DNA of 39,743 bases from Promethearchaeota archaeon. GTDB taxonomy: Archaea; Asgardarchaeota; Lokiarchaeia; Sigyniarchaeales; SOKP01. Shown one piece after another: positions 39,104-39,743 of the stretch. The notes beneath the pieces are model-generated. The model was given only the letters and a program-made list of their open reading frames with translations, was not told where the DNA came from and did no database searches. The stretch lies in assembly GCA_048938005.1 (NCBI GenBank), contig JBHLMQ010000029.1:1-39743 (forward strand), read 5' to 3'. The position numbers and the translations under genes were made by a program. How positions within the stretch are numbered: position 1 is the first letter of the stretch; every line of letters begins with the position of its first letter.

Positions 39104-39652
39104 ATGTCTTTAGTCCCAAAAAAGGTATTCTTTGTCAAAGGTAAAGGATATCATAAATCCAAGCTAGCTGCTTTCGAAGAAGCTCTCAGAGATGCTGGAA
39201 TTGAAAAATATAATATCGTGAATGTTTCTTCTATTTTACCTCCATATTGTATTGAAATAAATAAAGAAGATGGACTAAGACAACTCCGTTCAGGTCAAAT
39301 CGTTTTTGCTGTGTTAGCTAGAAGTGAGTCAAATGAATATAATCGATTGATCTGTGCTTCTATTGGCGTTGCGAAACCTGCTGATAAGGGGCAATATGGA
39401 TATTTAAGTGAACATCATTCTTTTGGTGTTAAACCGGATAAAGTAGGGGATTTTGCTGAAGATTTAGCAGCAGAAATGTTAGCTACAACTCTAGGTATTC
39501 CTTTTGATCCCAATTTAAACTATGATGAAAAAAGAGAAGTATTTAAAATGGGAGGAAAAATAGTTGAAACTAAAAATATTACGGCTCATGCTACAGTAAG
39601 AGAAGAAAACGAATGGGCTGCTGTAGTTGTTGCGGCGATTTTTATCATTTAA
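39104..39652 (+). CDS. pdaD: pyruvoyl-dependent arginine decarboxylase
   Basis: FEEALRDAGI, NIVNVSSILP (Ser-Ser self-cleavage site) and GYLSEH motifs. Confidence 0.93.
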   Translation: MSLVPKKVFFVKGKGYHKSKLAAFEEALRDAGIEKYNIVNVSSILPPYCIEINKEDGLRQLRSGQIVFAVLARSESNEYNRLICASIGVAKPADKGQYGYLSEHHSFGVKPDKVGDFAEDLAAEMLATTLGIPFDPNLNYDEKREVFKMGGKIVETKNITAHATVREENEWAAVVVAAIFII

Positions 39653-39743
39653 TTTTTCTAAAATAATTTATATTTATATCTTTAAAACAAGAATCTATTG
39701 ATTCAACTTCTTCTAATTCTCTGATAGAAATACGATTTTTATC

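Noticed and set aside
1-39743. CRISPR array, tRNA/rRNA, transposase or integrase
   Set aside because: No regularly spaced repeats, GC-rich RNA-like segments or recombinase motifs were seen by eye.

Overview
Very AT-rich archaeal chromosomal window, most likely Asgard archaea (Lokiarchaeia-like). The evidence is archaeal core genes (proteasome beta, PAN, TFB, archaeal/eukaryotic-type ProRS, DUF106, deoxyhypusine synthase, pyruvoyl arginine decarboxylase) alongside eukaryotic-signature proteins (two-domain gelsolin, longin domain, coiled-coil RING protein). All family calls are by motif recognition only; no searches were run. I saw no tRNA, rRNA, CRISPR array or transposase. Top observation: a Zn-ribbon gene at about 12.13-12.51 kb is interrupted by a 30-nt, stop-containing hairpin with bulge-helix-bulge-like geometry; removing it restores the missing CxxC, making it a candidate tRNA-type intron in an mRNA. 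Second: an unannotated 45-aa D/E/W/F-rich micro-protein lies divergent from a methyltransferase-ATP-grasp fusion, PAN, DHS and arginine decarboxylase. Other points are a PlsY-lipid kinase fusion, a catalytically dead proteasome beta subunit next to a RING protein, and two genes that appear to need non-canonical start codons.
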